In this document: positions 62,555 to 64,000 of the stretch, one piece after another
How the letters are laid out: each line of letters starts with the position of its first letter
Numbering within the stretch: the first letter of the stretch is position 1
NCBI GenBank assembly: GCA_027077795.1
Contig: JALWTT010000015.1
Span: 247,441-311,440 of the forward strand
DNA from: Thermotogaceae bacterium
Lineage (GTDB): Bacteria; Thermotogota; Thermotogae; Thermotogales; Thermotogaceae
DNA: 64,000 bases
Direction: 5' to 3'
The notes under the pieces: generated by a model
Database searches by the model: none
Seen by the model: the letters and a program-made list of their open reading frames with translations, nothing else
What the model was told of the DNA's origin: nothing
Made by a program: the position numbers and the translations under genes

Positions 62555-64000
62555 AGATAATTGCACCTCATCGAAACCCGGACTTCGATGCGTTTGCAGC
62601 TGCGGTTGCTTACAGGATCCTACATCCAGACCATGAGATAGTTCTAAGCGGGAGGCCCACTCAGAATCTCTCTGAATATCTGAGAATTTACGGGGATAGT
62701 TTCAAGTACATATGGGAAAAGGATCTTGATGAGGAAAAGGTCAAGAGAGTTGTTGTGGTCGATACGGCTTCCCCCAATAGATTGGGGAAGAAGGTAAGAG
62801 CAGTCTTAAAGAAAGTTGAAGTTGTGGTTTACGATCATCATCCTGATTTGAAAGAAGGAGGAATAGAAGGAGACGAGATGCACATTGAGAAGGTGGGAGC
62901 TATAACCACAGCTCTTGTAGAGGAGATAATGAGGAAAGAGGTGAAGGTCGATCCCATAGTTGCAACACTTTTTGCCATAGCGATATATGAAGATACGGGA
63001 AACCTCCTCTACTCCTCCACAACTCCCAGAGATTTAGATGCCGTTAAATTCCTTCTGGAAAGCAATGCAAACCTTGTAGAAGTTTCTGAATACATAAAAC
63101 TTGATTTGAGCTACGATCAAAAGCAGATCCTCGAGATACTCCTCAAAAGTATCAGGGAATACTCCGTTGGAGGAATCGATGTAGCGGTTGCAACCGCCGA
63201 ATATGAGAAGTTCGTGGGAGGTTTGAATGTCGTTACCAGCAAACTTTGGGGGAGCTCTGGATATGAAACACTGATTTGCATCGTCAGGACGGGGGAGAAG
63301 GTATTCGTTATAGGTAGAACATCTTCACCAGACGTGGATATAGGAGGGTTGATGTCGAATCTCGGTGGGGGTGGGCACAGAAAGGCCGGATCCACATCTT
63401 TCAGTGGTAAGAATGTGGAAGAGGTGGTTTCGATAGTTTTGAATGAGCTCAAGAATCATATAACACCCGCCGTGAGAGCTAGAGATGCCATGTCATCCCC
63501 TGTTAAGGTTATATATTCCCGTAGCACCATAGAAGAGGCCAACAAGATAATGGAGAGAACAGGGCACAGCGGCTTGCCGGTGGTTGAAAAGAACAAGCTG
63601 GTTGGAATGGTGACGAAGAAAGCCGTTGATAAGGCGATGAATCACGGACTTGGAAGCAGACCGGTGAAATCCATAATGAGCACGAAGCTGATCACGGCTA
63701 CTCCTGATACACCTCTAAGTAGGATAAGGCAGATGATGATAGAGAACGACATAGGAAGGATACCGATAATAGAAAACGGAGTTCTCGTTGGGATAGTCAC
63801 GAGAACGGATATACTCAGGACGATATTCGGGGATGTGAGTGGAAAAAGAAGGGTAGAAGGGGTATACAGAAAGGATTTGAACATATTCACTGATATAAGG
63901 ATTTTGATGAGGGACAGGATAAAGCCAAGAATACTGAATTTGCTCAGACTTCTGGGAACACTTGGTGATGAAGAAGGCACAAAGGTATACGTCGTCGGTG
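62554..64000 (+). CDS. DHH-DHHA1-CBS-CBS-nucleotidyltransferase fusion (poly(A) polymerase / CCA-adding enzyme family), 3'-truncated by window end
   Basis: Not in the ORF track because no stop occurs before 64000. TTG start overlaps the racemase stop. DHH motif VVYDHHPD, a GGGH motif, two CBS domains, and the final residues RILNLLRLLGTLGDEEGTKVYVVG begin a pol-beta-type head domain. Confidence 0.6.

Overview
This 64 kb window is a densely packed, mostly core chromosomal segment of a Thermotogae-type genome. Protein motifs resemble Thermotoga and relatives and GC looks roughly 45%, but this could not be confirmed without a database search. About 65 genes are supported, almost all in tight overlapping operons. 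They include two methyl-accepting chemotaxis proteins, four c-di-GMP-related proteins (HD-GYP, two GGDEF, one degenerate GGDEF), gyrB-ftsQ-like-ftsA-ftsZ-pilB, a complete fab cluster (fabF-Z-K-D-G), pdxS/pdxT, recG, sbcC, obg, nadD, rpsB, nth, adenine deaminase, a sugar-utilisation cluster (ROK regulator, two Gfo/Idh/MocA oxidoreductases, ABC permeases and binding protein), two tRNAs (Ser-TGA, initiator-like Met-CAT) and three recognisable intrinsic terminators. No CRISPR array, IS element or obvious prophage was seen. No single locus stands out as an unambiguous new system. The best candidates for follow-up are: (i) a DEDDh exonuclease coupled to a degenerate GGDEF protein; (ii) an orphan CoxS/CoxM-like FeS/FAD pair lacking a molybdopterin subunit, co-operonic with a permease-less ABC ATPase, a HEAT-repeat protein and SbcC without SbcD; (iii) a MerR-like HTH plus Xer-like tyrosine recombinase module about 2 kb from tRNA-Met; (iv) a membrane GGDEF coupled to a membrane-anchored EEP phosphoesterase; (v) a structured GC-rich intergenic hairpin after the adenine deaminase gene; and (vi) a 24-bp perfect palindrome in the ROK/GGDEF divergent promoter region. 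Coordinates come from the supplied ORF track, with some starts refined by inspecting RBS context. All functional calls rest on recalled family motifs, not database searches.
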